Shown piece by piece: positions 13,840 to 23,989 of a DNA stretch of 64,000 nt. The notes below the pieces were generated by a model. It did no database searches. It was not told the origin of the DNA and saw only the letters and a list, made by a program, of their open reading frames with translations. The DNA is from Eledone cirrhosa (Eukaryota), in the NCBI GenBank assembly GCA_964016885.1, contig OZ024743.1, positions 350,796,001-350,860,000 of the forward strand, given 5' to 3'. Each line of letters opens with the position of its first letter. The stretch's first letter is position 1. The translations under genes and the position numbers were made by a program.

Positions 13840-15726
13840 TTACCTTTTCGTTTCCTGGAGATCGGGTTGTTCAATCTCCATTTGGGTGATGGATGGGGTG
13901 TTACGTGGGGTGGGGAAACATTTTAACAGGACGCGGTTGATGGGTTTGTGGCAGGGGGTGCCCACGTCCTGTGAACATTTATTTTTTAGGTCTTTACAGG
14001 TTTCCATAGAAACCCTTATAAGTTTAAGGTGTGGAGACGATTCTACCTTGACGAAAGTTTTGCCCTCCGTCTCCACCTTGAGGTTTTGGGAGATGACCTC
14101 CATCAAACTCTTGTTGTTTGTGTTGATGTATGCGTATTGTTGTTTGTGTTTTTGTTGTGTTGTTTTAGTTTGTTGTTCGTCCGGGAGTTTTCTTTTTATG
14201 GTGGGTGCTTGTGTTTGGGGTGGTGTTGGTGCTGGTTTTGCTGATAGGGGCATGTTTGACTGTGGTGTTTTTTGTGTTGTTGTTTGTGTCTGTGGTTGTG
14301 TGTTGGTGTTGGTGATTGGAGTTTTGGGGGTTTTGTGGTGTCTCTTTTTTTGTTTTTTAGATTTCCGCGGTTCTCCCTCTTCTTCACTTAAAGAAGGGGA
14401 AGCAGCTTCATCCGTCGATGAATAATCATCGTCAGGTGTGTGGGGTAAGGGTATGTTGTGTGGTGGTGGTGTTTCGGTATGTGTGTTTGTCGTAGTGTTT
14501 GATGGAGTGGGATGGAGTGGGTCTGTGTTCTTCAGGGGTGTTGTCTCTGTTTTTTCTGTTGTTGTTGGTTGAGTGTCTGTTTGTTTTGGTGTGGTTGCTC
14601 GTTTCGTCTGTCGTTGTACTTGTGGAGGTGGTGGTTGTTTTGGTGTTGGTAATAGCGTTTTTTTTATGTATGTTTGTGGACAAGAGGCTTTTAGGTGAGC
14701 TGTGCTACCACAGCGAAAGCAATGACATGTTCGTCCTTCTACCGAAATGTTTATTTTGTTGTTATTATCAATAACGACTCTTTCGGGTATTTTGGAGATT
14801 CTCTCCGGTTTCATTTGCAACAGAATCTCCAAATCTGTGCCCGCCCACCTTTGTCGAATAGATTTTCGTATTGAAAGTATCATATCAGTTTCTGACTCTA
14901 CGAAGCCAGCCAAGATCCACCAGATGTTAATGTTTGGAGGTATGTTTTTTATTTTTATTTTTATTTTTTGTGTCCTTTTAACCATGTATGTAGGGAAAAA
15001 GGTGTATGCTTTTGACACCATTGGTGTCACAGAGCTTTTTGGGGCGAATGCCTCGCTTTTAAACAGTACGGAAACACTTCCGTACTGTTTTCCTCGCTGG
15101 AGAAAATCGACATTTGCTAGAATTTCCTTGAAAGTATCTTCTATATCTGCTTGGTTAACAAATGCCGGCTTTCTTGTCGAATTTGACACAGTCCTAAAAG
15201 TGACTGATCTGCGGATTGTGTCTTCCTTTATTTCAAGGGGTGAGTTAATTCTAAACCCACCTCTTTCTTCGAAAGTTACAAATTTTCTCCCTTGCTGGAG
15301 CATATCTCTTGCGTTGGAGATATCAAGATTTATAAAATCTTGTCTTTTGTTCACTGTTTCAGCGAAAGACATTTTATTTTTTTGTGTGGTGTTGCTGTTG
15401 TTGTTGTTGTTATCGTTGTTGGAAATCTCAGTTCCTTGTCGAGGTGAAACATTATGTGTATATGTATCTGTAGAGTTGTTGATGTCTTTTTCATGTGTAT
15501 GTATGTTAATGGGTTTAATTGCTGTGTTTTCCTGTGTGTTATTGTTATTTTTCTCCGCTTCGACGGTAGAAATTTTAAAATTTTCAAGTGTTAATATATT
15601 TTTCTCTTTGTTGACACTTGTATCTATGGCGACGTCCATAGTAGCAGAAGCAAATATAACGTTAATATCTGCCTCTTTCTTTCTCTTTTCCCTATTAACG
15701 TTCTCCAGCGTTCTTGTGTTGCTCAA
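13840..15726 (-). CDS. ORF1 (Gag-like nucleic-acid-binding protein) of Tx1-like copy B, uninterrupted
   Basis: 628-codon frame (track start is TTG; first ATG at 15639, MDVAID); putative RRM-like region, CFRCGSTAHLKASC CCHC knuckle, T/P/Q-rich linker, conserved C-terminal block. Confidence 0.88.
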   Translation of the reverse strand: MSNTRTLENVNREKRKKEADINVIFASATMDVAIDTSVNKEKNILTLENFKISTVEAEKNNNNTQENTAIKPINIHTHEKDINNSTDTYTHNVSPRQGTEISNNDNNNNNSNTTQKNKMSFAETVNKRQDFINLDISNARDMLQQGRKFVTFEERGGFRINSPLEIKEDTIRRSVTFRTVSNSTRKPAFVNQADIEDTFKEILANVDFLQRGKQYGSVSVLFKSEAFAPKSSVTPMVSKAYTFFPTYMVKRTQKIKIKIKNIPPNINIWWILAGFVESETDMILSIRKSIRQRWAGTDLEILLQMKPERISKIPERVVIDNNNKINISVEGRTCHCFRCGSTAHLKASCPQTYIKKTLLPTPKQPPPPQVQRQTKRATTPKQTDTQPTTTEKTETTPLKNTDPLHPTPSNTTTNTHTETPPPHNIPLPHTPDDDYSSTDEAASPSLSEEEGEPRKSKKQKKRHHKTPKTPITNTNTQPQTQTTTQKTPQSNMPLSAKPAPTPPQTQAPTIKRKLPDEQQTKTTQQKHKQQYAYINTNNKSLMEVISQNLKVETEGKTFVKVESSPHLKLIRVSMETCKDLKNKCSQDVGTPCHKPINRVLLKCFPTPRNTPSITQMEIEQPDLQETKR

Positions 15727-15942
15727 GTTATTTAGTTTGTAAAATCTGATATTTTAAAACAAATTTTAAAAATAAAATTTTCGCCCCTACAGGGGCGAAA
15801 AATAGGATTACCACCCAGCTGACAATTCAGCTTGGGGGTTAATCTACAAAGTGTTATGTTTTTTTCAAACAATTAGTTCGGTTTTTTGCATAGAAATTAA
15901 CAAAAAAACTTACCGGCGATGTTCCACACGTCAGACAGAAAG

Positions 15943-15974
<32 letters not shown>

Positions 15975-16207
15975 TTCTTTATTAGCCACAAGGGCGCAAC
16001 AAGAAAGGGGACAATACAAAGACATGCCGGGGATTTTACATACAGTCGTGTAAAAAATATAAAAACAAACAATTTCAACAATCGAAATCCCCAATAGGGG
16101 GAAGGCGCCACAAATGGGTTGTTTAATACCCCGTCGATAGAACAACCCTCAACTCAAGGAGCGTGTTGTGCAAGTGCTCCTTTCTTCCTTTTGCTCTCTT
16201 CCTCAAC

Positions 16208-19200
16208 CTACAGGCTTATAAACAGAGAAGGCCCAATCACTCGGGCCATTTTCGCTTCATTCACCCACCTTTCAGTAAATTTACTGGGGTGCAGTGCCTC
16301 TCTCTCCACCCTGATTCTCCTTCTAAAGTGATACTTAAAGAATGGAATCAATTGTTGTCCGGAGAGAAAGGCATCTGTCCTCAGTCCTCTCAACCTCGTC
16401 CACCATATAACTTCTTTCACCATAGCCACCGTACAAAGGAAAACCGCCTCTCTTTCGTTTTTGAAAGAGTCTGGCGGTTTGATCCTTACTATGGACTCGG
16501 CAGTCAACTGTATTTGTCCCATACGCGACAGCAGTTGTTCTGCATAGTTCAACAGGTCGCTTACGCCCGGGCAGTGTACAATTGCGTGTAGAACTGTTTC
16601 AATGTCCTGCGCACATCTTGGACACGTCCTCTTGGAAGGATCCCTGCCAGGGCGTCCGTGCCTGTAGATCTTGTCACGAACCGGTAAAGCTCCTCGGTAG
16701 CACTGCCAGGCCAGGGACCTCTGGAAGTTGTCCATAGGTCCCGGGCGGAAAGTCCTACCAAACATACTGGTGAGCTCATCGTCTTCGACGCCCAGAGTCT
16801 CTCCGAGCACGTCGTCGCCCTTGTAACGTACAATCCCTCTATAGAATGTCGAAGTGGAGTCTCCACTGATTGCTGCGCCCGCTTGCCAGAGGACTGTGAG
16901 CGCCTGAGCGCATTCAATGTGCCAGGCGCCCATCGTTTTCGGTCTTTTCTTCACCCAGGACTGCAGCTCTGTTAGCGAGACGAGCTGTGGGAAAGCCTGT
17001 CTCACAAACGGTGCCCACACCGGTTGGGGGTCGGTGAGGAATACCTGGAGATGCCGCAGCCTCAGCGCATGTTTGCGCATCATCAGCCACGGCATTCCCA
17101 GCCCTCCGTTGGAAGGGTGCTGACAGCAGACGGATCTCCTCACCAGCGGAGCCTGCTTCTTCCACAGAAACTGGAAGAGCATGCGTTCCATCTTGGCGAG
17201 GTGTTCACGGGGACAAGGCACGACAGTCAAGCGGTAGTAGATGACGGACGCTATGAAAGTGTTCGCCCCCCCCGCTCGACCTTTCAATGACAGTTTGCAC
17301 TCTGCCCACTTCTGAGTGAGTGCAAACACCTTGGCCGTGACCTCGTTCCAGTTTTTCTCCACCTGGAGGTCTGGACCGAACCAGACCCCGAGCAATTTCA
17401 CCGGTCCGTCCGTCCAGCGTCCAACGACGCTGTCGGATGTCATCGGTTTGCCTCTCCACGTACCGAGTTGCAAACCGACAGACTTGTCTGGGTTTAGTTT
17501 TGCTCCCGTCAGCGTTTCGTATTCTTTCAGTATGTTGCCGATCACCCCGATTTCCGAGGTGCTCGACACCATTACTGTCACGTCGTCGGCATAAGCCGAC
17601 GCCGCTTTGCGCAGTCCCGGTTCTAGGGGGATGCCCTGCAACAGCTCCAATTTCCGCAGTAGTGGCTCTAGAGTCAATACATACAGAATGGAGGAGAGAG
17701 GGCATCCCTGTCGAATGGAACGCGTGATTGCGAACGGCTCCGATAGGTAGCCGTTCACCTTGACCCTCGAGCAGATGCTGGTGTGCATCGCCTCGATCCA
17801 TCCTCTGAACACGGGACCGAAACCGGCCGCCTTGAGAACCGCTTCCAAGTATCGATGGTCTACCCTATCGAATGCCTTAGACTGATCCAAGTTGATCAGA
17901 GCCCCACCGAAGCCGGGTTTACTACCCACCCTCTCTATGATGTATCGCATGAGGTGGAGGTTGTCGTGTATGGACCTGGTCGGGATTGCACACGTTTGCG
18001 CTTTCCCTACCAGGTTCTCGACGACAAGCGCCAACCTCGTCGCTAGCACCTTGGCCAAAATCTTTAACTCTGTGTTGAGCAGAGTTATGGGCCTGAAGTT
18101 GTTAATTTCGTCCCCCTTGTTCTCGTCTTTCCTGATCAGCGTTACTACGCCCTTGCCTGCAGAACTGGGAATTCTCCCGTTCTGCTGCCAATTGCAGTAG
18201 ACGGCTTCGAGGACGCCAGAGAACAAGTCCTGCATGCCTATGTAAAATTCGTAGGGTAGACCATCTAGACCGGGTGACTTGCGTTTCCCGCAGCGGCCCA
18301 GAGCGTCCCGTATCTCAGTGTCCGTGATCGGTCTTTCGCAGAACTCGGCGTCCGTGTTCGAGAGACGCGGCAGGCCGTCGAGGTATGAACTAAAGTCCAT
18401 TGCCCCGTTCGGCTCACCGTCGTTCTGCTCAAACAGTCGCGCAAAGTGCCGCTGAAAGGCCGCGCACATTTGCTTGGGGTCAAGTAGCACGCGTCCGTTT
18501 TGGTCTTTCAAAGACCGAATCGTGGACTTGTTGCCACTTTTTGCCTCCGCCACTCGGGCCCAGCTGACAGCTTTCGCTCCTTCGTTTCCTAGAGCACGTG
18601 TTTTGCTTCTGACCACGCAGCCTTCGTGTTTCGCATCGAAGAACTGGTCCAGTGCCGTTCTCGACGCTAACACTCTAGCCGCGTTGCCACTTCTAAGTGC
18701 CTCCGCTACCTTGGCTACTAGTTCTCTTTCTATTCTGTTTTTCTCTAAGGCTAACTCTCTGCTATACCCTATCGATTCTATTCTAATTGCTTTCTTGAGA
18801 GAGTACCACCATCTATTGTTGACGATGGCTCCCGTTAACTGTTGCTTGACTAGTTTACTTATCCGTTCACTGTAAGCTTTACGTGCCGGCAACGACACGT
18901 TCAGCTTCCAGTATCCGGGACCCTGTCTATGTATTCTATCACGGTTGACTAAGCAGACGACTAACTTGTGATCTGAATAGGCAACCATGTGCATTCGTGG
19001 ACAGCTTAACATATCCTTGTCCCTTTCTCTAATGAAGAACCTATCTAAATACGATCTAGATGTCCCACTGCGGTTTACCCACGTCCACTGTGGTGCAGTC
19101 GGGAAATCCAGTCGATACCTATCGGCCAGTTGGAATTGGCCGATTAAAGTTTTGAGGCTGTTGCACCCCGCTCTACTGGGACATGCTCCCACATAGTCCC

Positions 19201-19654
19201 ATCGTGCATCTAGGATACCATTCCAGTCCCCCACTAAAAGTAAGGAGCGAGACGTTCCCAGAAAAGACTCTAGACGCTTAAAGAAGTCTGGCCGTGATTG
19301 CGATTGCCAGGTCGGGGCATAAACGGCCACCAGTCTGAAGGCTCCACCTCCGATACTGTTCACGTCTAGGACTACCAGTCTACCCTCCGGGTCCAAGTGT
19401 ACTTGCTGTACTCCGACGTCCAGGTTCTTCCGAAACATAACAGCCACTCCACCTCCACCTCCTGGCTGACAGAGAGATGCGTAGATCTCAAAGTCGTCGA
19501 AGATGGGGGTTAGTTGCTGCCTGTTGTGGATTCTGGACTCGGTGATGGCTATCACATCCATACTGTGTGACCTAAGGTCGTTTAAAAGTTGACCCTGTTT
19601 CCAGGGCATCCCTAGGCCACGCACATTCACGGTTCCAACTCGTAAACCAGCCAT
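16208..19654 (-). CDS. ORF2: APE endonuclease, reverse transcriptase and C-terminal CCHC finger (1148 aa, intact)
   Basis: EN motifs NVRGL, ITES, GDWN, YLDRF, SDH; RT motifs KSPGLDG, FRPITLLN, LDQSKAFDRV, RQGCPLS, AYADD, LLGV; CPRCAQDIETVLHAIVHC; YWKLN typical of L1/Tx1. Confidence 0.96.
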   Translation of the reverse strand: MAGLRVGTVNVRGLGMPWKQGQLLNDLRSHSMDVIAITESRIHNRQQLTPIFDDFEIYASLCQPGGGGGVAVMFRKNLDVGVQQVHLDPEGRLVVLDVNSIGGGAFRLVAVYAPTWQSQSRPDFFKRLESFLGTSRSLLLVGDWNGILDARWDYVGACPSRAGCNSLKTLIGQFQLADRYRLDFPTAPQWTWVNRSGTSRSYLDRFFIRERDKDMLSCPRMHMVAYSDHKLVVCLVNRDRIHRQGPGYWKLNVSLPARKAYSERISKLVKQQLTGAIVNNRWWYSLKKAIRIESIGYSRELALEKNRIERELVAKVAEALRSGNAARVLASRTALDQFFDAKHEGCVVRSKTRALGNEGAKAVSWARVAEAKSGNKSTIRSLKDQNGRVLLDPKQMCAAFQRHFARLFEQNDGEPNGAMDFSSYLDGLPRLSNTDAEFCERPITDTEIRDALGRCGKRKSPGLDGLPYEFYIGMQDLFSGVLEAVYCNWQQNGRIPSSAGKGVVTLIRKDENKGDEINNFRPITLLNTELKILAKVLATRLALVVENLVGKAQTCAIPTRSIHDNLHLMRYIIERVGSKPGFGGALINLDQSKAFDRVDHRYLEAVLKAAGFGPVFRGWIEAMHTSICSRVKVNGYLSEPFAITRSIRQGCPLSSILYVLTLEPLLRKLELLQGIPLEPGLRKAASAYADDVTVMVSSTSEIGVIGNILKEYETLTGAKLNPDKSVGLQLGTWRGKPMTSDSVVGRWTDGPVKLLGVWFGPDLQVEKNWNEVTAKVFALTQKWAECKLSLKGRAGGANTFIASVIYYRLTVVPCPREHLAKMERMLFQFLWKKQAPLVRRSVCCQHPSNGGLGMPWLMMRKHALRLRHLQVFLTDPQPVWAPFVRQAFPQLVSLTELQSWVKKRPKTMGAWHIECAQALTVLWQAGAAISGDSTSTFYRGIVRYKGDDVLGETLGVEDDELTSMFGRTFRPGPMDNFQRSLAWQCYRGALPVRDKIYRHGRPGRDPSKRTCPRCAQDIETVLHAIVHCPGVSDLLNYAEQLLSRMGQIQLTAESIVRIKPPDSFKNEREAVFLCTVAMVKEVIWWTRLRGLRTDAFLSGQQLIPFFKYHFRRRIRVEREALHPSKFTERWVNEAKMARVIGPSLFISL

Positions 19655-19695
19655 GTTGGTGAAGAAAAGTTGGAGAAAAAGGACGAAAGGTGCAC

Positions 19696-21574
19696 TTACC
19701 TTTTCGTTTCCTGAAGATCGGGTTGTTCAATCTCCATTTGGGTGCTGGATGGGGTGTTGGGTGGGGTGGGGAAACCTTTCAACAGGACGCGGTTGATGGG
19801 TTTGTGGCAGGGGTTGCCCACGTCCTGTGAACATTTAATTTTCAGGTCTTTATAGGTTTCCATAGAAACCCTTATAAGTTTAAGGTGTGGAGACGATTCT
19901 GCCTTGACGAAAGTTTTGCCCTCCGTCTCCACCTTGGGGTTTTGGGAGATGACCTCCATCAAACTCTTGTTGTTTGTGTTGATGTATGCGTATTGTTGTT
20001 TGTGTTTTTGTTGTATTGTTTTAGTTTGTTGTTCATCTGGGAGTTTTCTTTTTATGGTGGGTGCTTGTGTTTGGGGTGGTGTTGGTGCTGGTTTTGCTGA
20101 TAGGGGGGTGTTTGACTGTGGTGTTGTTTGTGTTGTTGTTTGTGTCTGTGGTTGTGTGTTGGTGTTGGTGATTGGAGTTTTGGGGGTTTTGTGGTGTCTC
20201 TTTTTTTGTTTTTTGGATTTCCGCGGTTCTCCCTCTTCTTCACTTAAAGAAGGAGAAGCAGCTTCATCCGTCGATGAATAATCATCGTCAGGTGTGTGGG
20301 GTAAGGGTATGTTGTGTGGTGGTGGTGGTGTTTCGGTATGTGTGTTTGTCGTAGTGTTTGATGGAGTGGGATGGAGTGGGTCTGTGTTCTTCAGGGGTGT
20401 TGTCTCTGTTTTTTCTGTTGTTGTTGGTTGAGTGTCTGTTTGTTTTGGTGTGGTTGCTCGTTTCGTCTGTCGTTGTACTTGTGGTGGTGGTGGTGGTTGT
20501 TTTGGTGTTGGTGTTGGTAATAGCGTTTTTTTTATGATGTTGCTGTTGTGTGTTTGTGGACAAGAGGCTTTTAGGTGAGATGTGCTACCACAGCGAAAGC
20601 AGTGAAATTTTCTTCCTTCTACCGAAATGTTTATTTTGTTGTTATTATCAATAACGACTCTTTCGGGTATTTTGGAGATTCTCTCCGGTTTCATTTGCAA
20701 CAGAATCTCCAAATCGGTGCCCGCCCACCTTTGTCGGATGGATTTTCGTATCGAAAGTATTATGTCTGTTTCTGGCTCTACGAAGCCAGCCAAGATCCAC
20801 CAGATGTTAATGCTTGGAGGTATGTTTTTTTATTTTTATTTTTTGTGTCCCTTTCCCCATGTATGTAGGGAAAAAGGTGTATGCTTTTGACACTATTGGT
20901 GTCACAGAGTTTTTTTGGGCCAGTGTCTCGCTTTTAAACAGTACGGAAACACTTCCGTACTGTTTTCCTCGCTGGAGAAAATCGACATTTCCTAGAATCT
21001 CCTTGAAAGAATCTTCTATATCTGACTGATTAACAAATGTCGGTTTTCTTGACGAATTTGACACAGTCCTAAAAGTGACTGATCGGCGGTTTGTGTCTTC
21101 CTTTATTTCAAGGGGTGAGTTAATTCTAAACCCACCTCTTTCTTCGAAAGTTACAAATTTTCTCCCTTGCTGGAGCATATCTCTTGCGTTGGAGATATCA
21201 AGATTTATAAAATCTTGTTTCTTGTTGACTGTGTCAGCAAAAGACATTTTCTTTTTTTGTGTGATGTTGTTGTTAATAATGATGTTATCGTTGTTGGAAA
21301 TTTTATGTGTAGATGTATCTGTAGAGTTGTTGATATCTTTTTCATGTGTATGTATGTCAATGGGTTTTTTTGCCGTGTTTTCCCGTGTGTTATTGTCATT
21401 TTTCTCCGCTTCGGTGGTAGAAATTGTAACATTTTCAAATGTTGATATATTATTTTCTTTTCTGACAGTATCTATGGCAACGTCCATAGCAGCAGAAGCA
21501 GATATAACGTTAATATCTGCCTTTTTCTCTCTCTTTTCACTATTAACGTTCTCCAGCGTTCTAGTGTTGCTCAA
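19696..21574 (-). pseudogene. ORF1 of copy A, split by one frameshift in an A-run near 20825
   Basis: ORFs 20807-21574 and 19696-20793 together align to ORF1 of copy B; sense ATA AAA AAA CAT versus ATA AAA AAC ATA in B. Confidence 0.88.
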
Positions 21575-21784
21575 GTTTTTTTTACTTTGTAAAATTTGAT
21601 ATTTTAAGACAAACTTTTAAATAAAATTTTCGCCCCTACAGGGGCGAAAAATGGGATTACCACCCAGATGACAATTCAGCTTGGGGGTTAATCTACAAAG
21701 TGTTGTATTTTTTTCAAACAATTAGATCGGTTTTTTGCATAGAAATTAACAAAAAACTTACCGGCGATATTCCACACGTTAGAC

Positions 21785-21825
<41 letters not shown>

Positions 21826-23989
21826 TTGTGTCATAAGGTATTGACAAACTGGGTTTGCGTTTGCAACACTCCAATCAATAAATAATGACGTAATTAGCAT
21901 CAAGCAACCAACGTCATATGTCTCCTTCCAATTTCGATGCGGTAGTCTATGATGGGGTATATGTCCAATAATGATAAAAATGTGAAAGCTAGTTATTCAT
22001 AATTCATTTTATTATGTAATTCGCTGTAATGCATATTTCTGAGGCGATATTAATTACGTAATGCTGTCATCACGCAATAACTAACACGACTTCTTTAGAC
22101 AGCATCTTAGTTATGTAATATATTTCCAATGAAATACAGTCTATTGATAAGGGGACAGACTTGTATTCAATGTTACTCTTACAAAAGTCCGCCCTTCATC
22201 ATACATTAGTCCTCATCCAAGTATTGTTTCAAGCGGATGGTGTCTCTAGGTAATTTCTTTCAATCATTATTGAAACATAGATTTGATGCTTGAAGCAAAG
22301 AAAACTGTAAAATCATAGGCTATTGAACTGATTCTCCATATAGGGTCTTTTGAGCCAATAATACCCCACACTTTAAGCTATATACAAACCCAATGAGTGA
22401 GCTACACCAATGTTATTTGGGCTTCTAGAAATAGCAGCCAATATTTCCTTCATATTAGACTATACCGCCTTAAATTGAAAAAGAATCCGACTTGAACGTT
22501 TTTGATCGCAGGTGACCTAAACATAATCAACAAAAAACAAAACAACAGCAACAACACACAGCAACAACAATAATACCAACAAAAACACCGCGATATATAT
22601 TTATCAGGGACCTTTTATTCATCCGCCGTGAGTCGATAGACTGTAGGAAAAAATGCCTTCTGTTATTTGTTCAGGATCTCTAGTCTGAGTTCAAATTCCA
22701 CCGTGTTTCATCCTTTCGTGGTTGATAAAATATAATAGTTGAGTTAATCTTACATCCGGTTTAACACCACTACTCGGTTCTTGGGTGTTTTTAACAGAGT
22801 CCACTTTTTGAAAAAATTTGCAACAGGCCTCTAGTTTGAGGATACCTTCCTCCTTTTCCTTCCAACAGTCCCAGACGCCCTGGAAAAGATAATGGACACT
22901 GTCCTTCTTTCTCTGACAAAAGAGTAAAAACAATCATTTCAGTAAACAGTTGAAATACAGAATCACTGCTTATATAATACAACTAAAAGCTGAATTTTCT
23001 CACGTATTCCGCTATATACAACAATACATGAAAACTCTGTTGTTAATAAGATAAAGGGGAAAAAAATTAATTTTCAACGGTGAACGTTGTCTGCTTTTAA
23101 TATCAAGTAAAGCAATTGAAGTTCGCCATTTTTGAGAGAAAACCTACAAAGTTTTTCTGGTATCAAACAATTGTCAGTCATGCCGTCTATATTTATCCTC
23201 ACAATACAGTCACTTGTGCGTCTTGTTATTGTCTAACATTTCAACAAATGACGGTTTGACCAATTAGATTCATGTAACGTGGTAAGCGGAAATTAGTTTC
23301 AGAGAAATTCCATATGACGACAGCCACCAAATAAATCAATGTAGATTTCATTGTCGCTATATGATGCTTGTATGAGTGAGTGTGTGTTTCTGTATGTGCA
23401 TGTTTGTATATGTATACATCACTCTCTCTCCTCCTCCTCTCTCCCTCTCTCTCTACCCCCTCTCTCTCTCTACCCCCCCCCCCTCTCTCTCTCTATATAT
23501 ATATATATATTTATGCATGTGTGTGTATGAGTGTGAATGTCCGTGTAGCTCATCGGTTTTGTATCAGTATGTAATTATATGTGCAAGATTAAAAACACAA
23601 GTGTCTTTCAGTTTCCTTACATCATCATCATCATCATCATCATTGTTGTTGTGTGATTTTCCTCTTCTTTCAATTTTGTTTCTATTTTTTCCCGAGTGTC
23701 TTCCCGACACCTAGGGTAGAGAAACTCACTGTTTACATTGATAAGTCACACAAATAAACATAAAGATTTTTCACGTCACGCACAGTTACAATTATATCAT
23801 TTACTTTATACATGTGCACAACTCTTTAGAATCATATTAACAACAAAATGACATTCAATCATATAAGAGTGCTCAATTATTTACAACTTACATAATTATG
23901 GAATATAATCTAATAAAGTTATGTAAAAAAATACGTAGATGATTATCTTTCTCATAACTCTACTGCTTTTTTCAATACGTGTGCCGTAC

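Larger units (their letters stand above)
12444..15940 (-). mobile_element. Tx1-like copy B: complete 5' end, ORF1 and EN domain; about 2.3 kb internal deletion removes RT
   Basis: Flanked by (GATA)6 at 12417-12443 and (GATA)7 at 15944-15974; junction 12587/12588 joins ORF2 (AAFQRH) to the 3' UTR; the equivalent of 16120-18443 of copy A is missing. Confidence 0.93.
15975..21789 (-). mobile_element. Tx1-like copy A, full length (~5.8 kb)
   Basis: 5' junction (TATC)9-TTTCTGTCTAACGTGTGG near 21780-21825; 3' end GGCTAATAAAGAAA-(TCTA)n at 15975; two ORFs separated by a 41-nt spacer. Confidence 0.95.

Noticed and set aside
14747-15742. 331-aa antisense ORF and other ORFs overlapping the Tx1 copies
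   Set aside because: Antisense shadows of the A/C-rich ORF1 and of ORF2; not kept at this length in copies A or C and no recognisable motifs.
20820-20835. Programmed frameshift in ORF1 of copy A
   Set aside because: Copy B is in frame across the same site and a +1 shift would be needed; a homopolymer indel or sequencing error is simpler.
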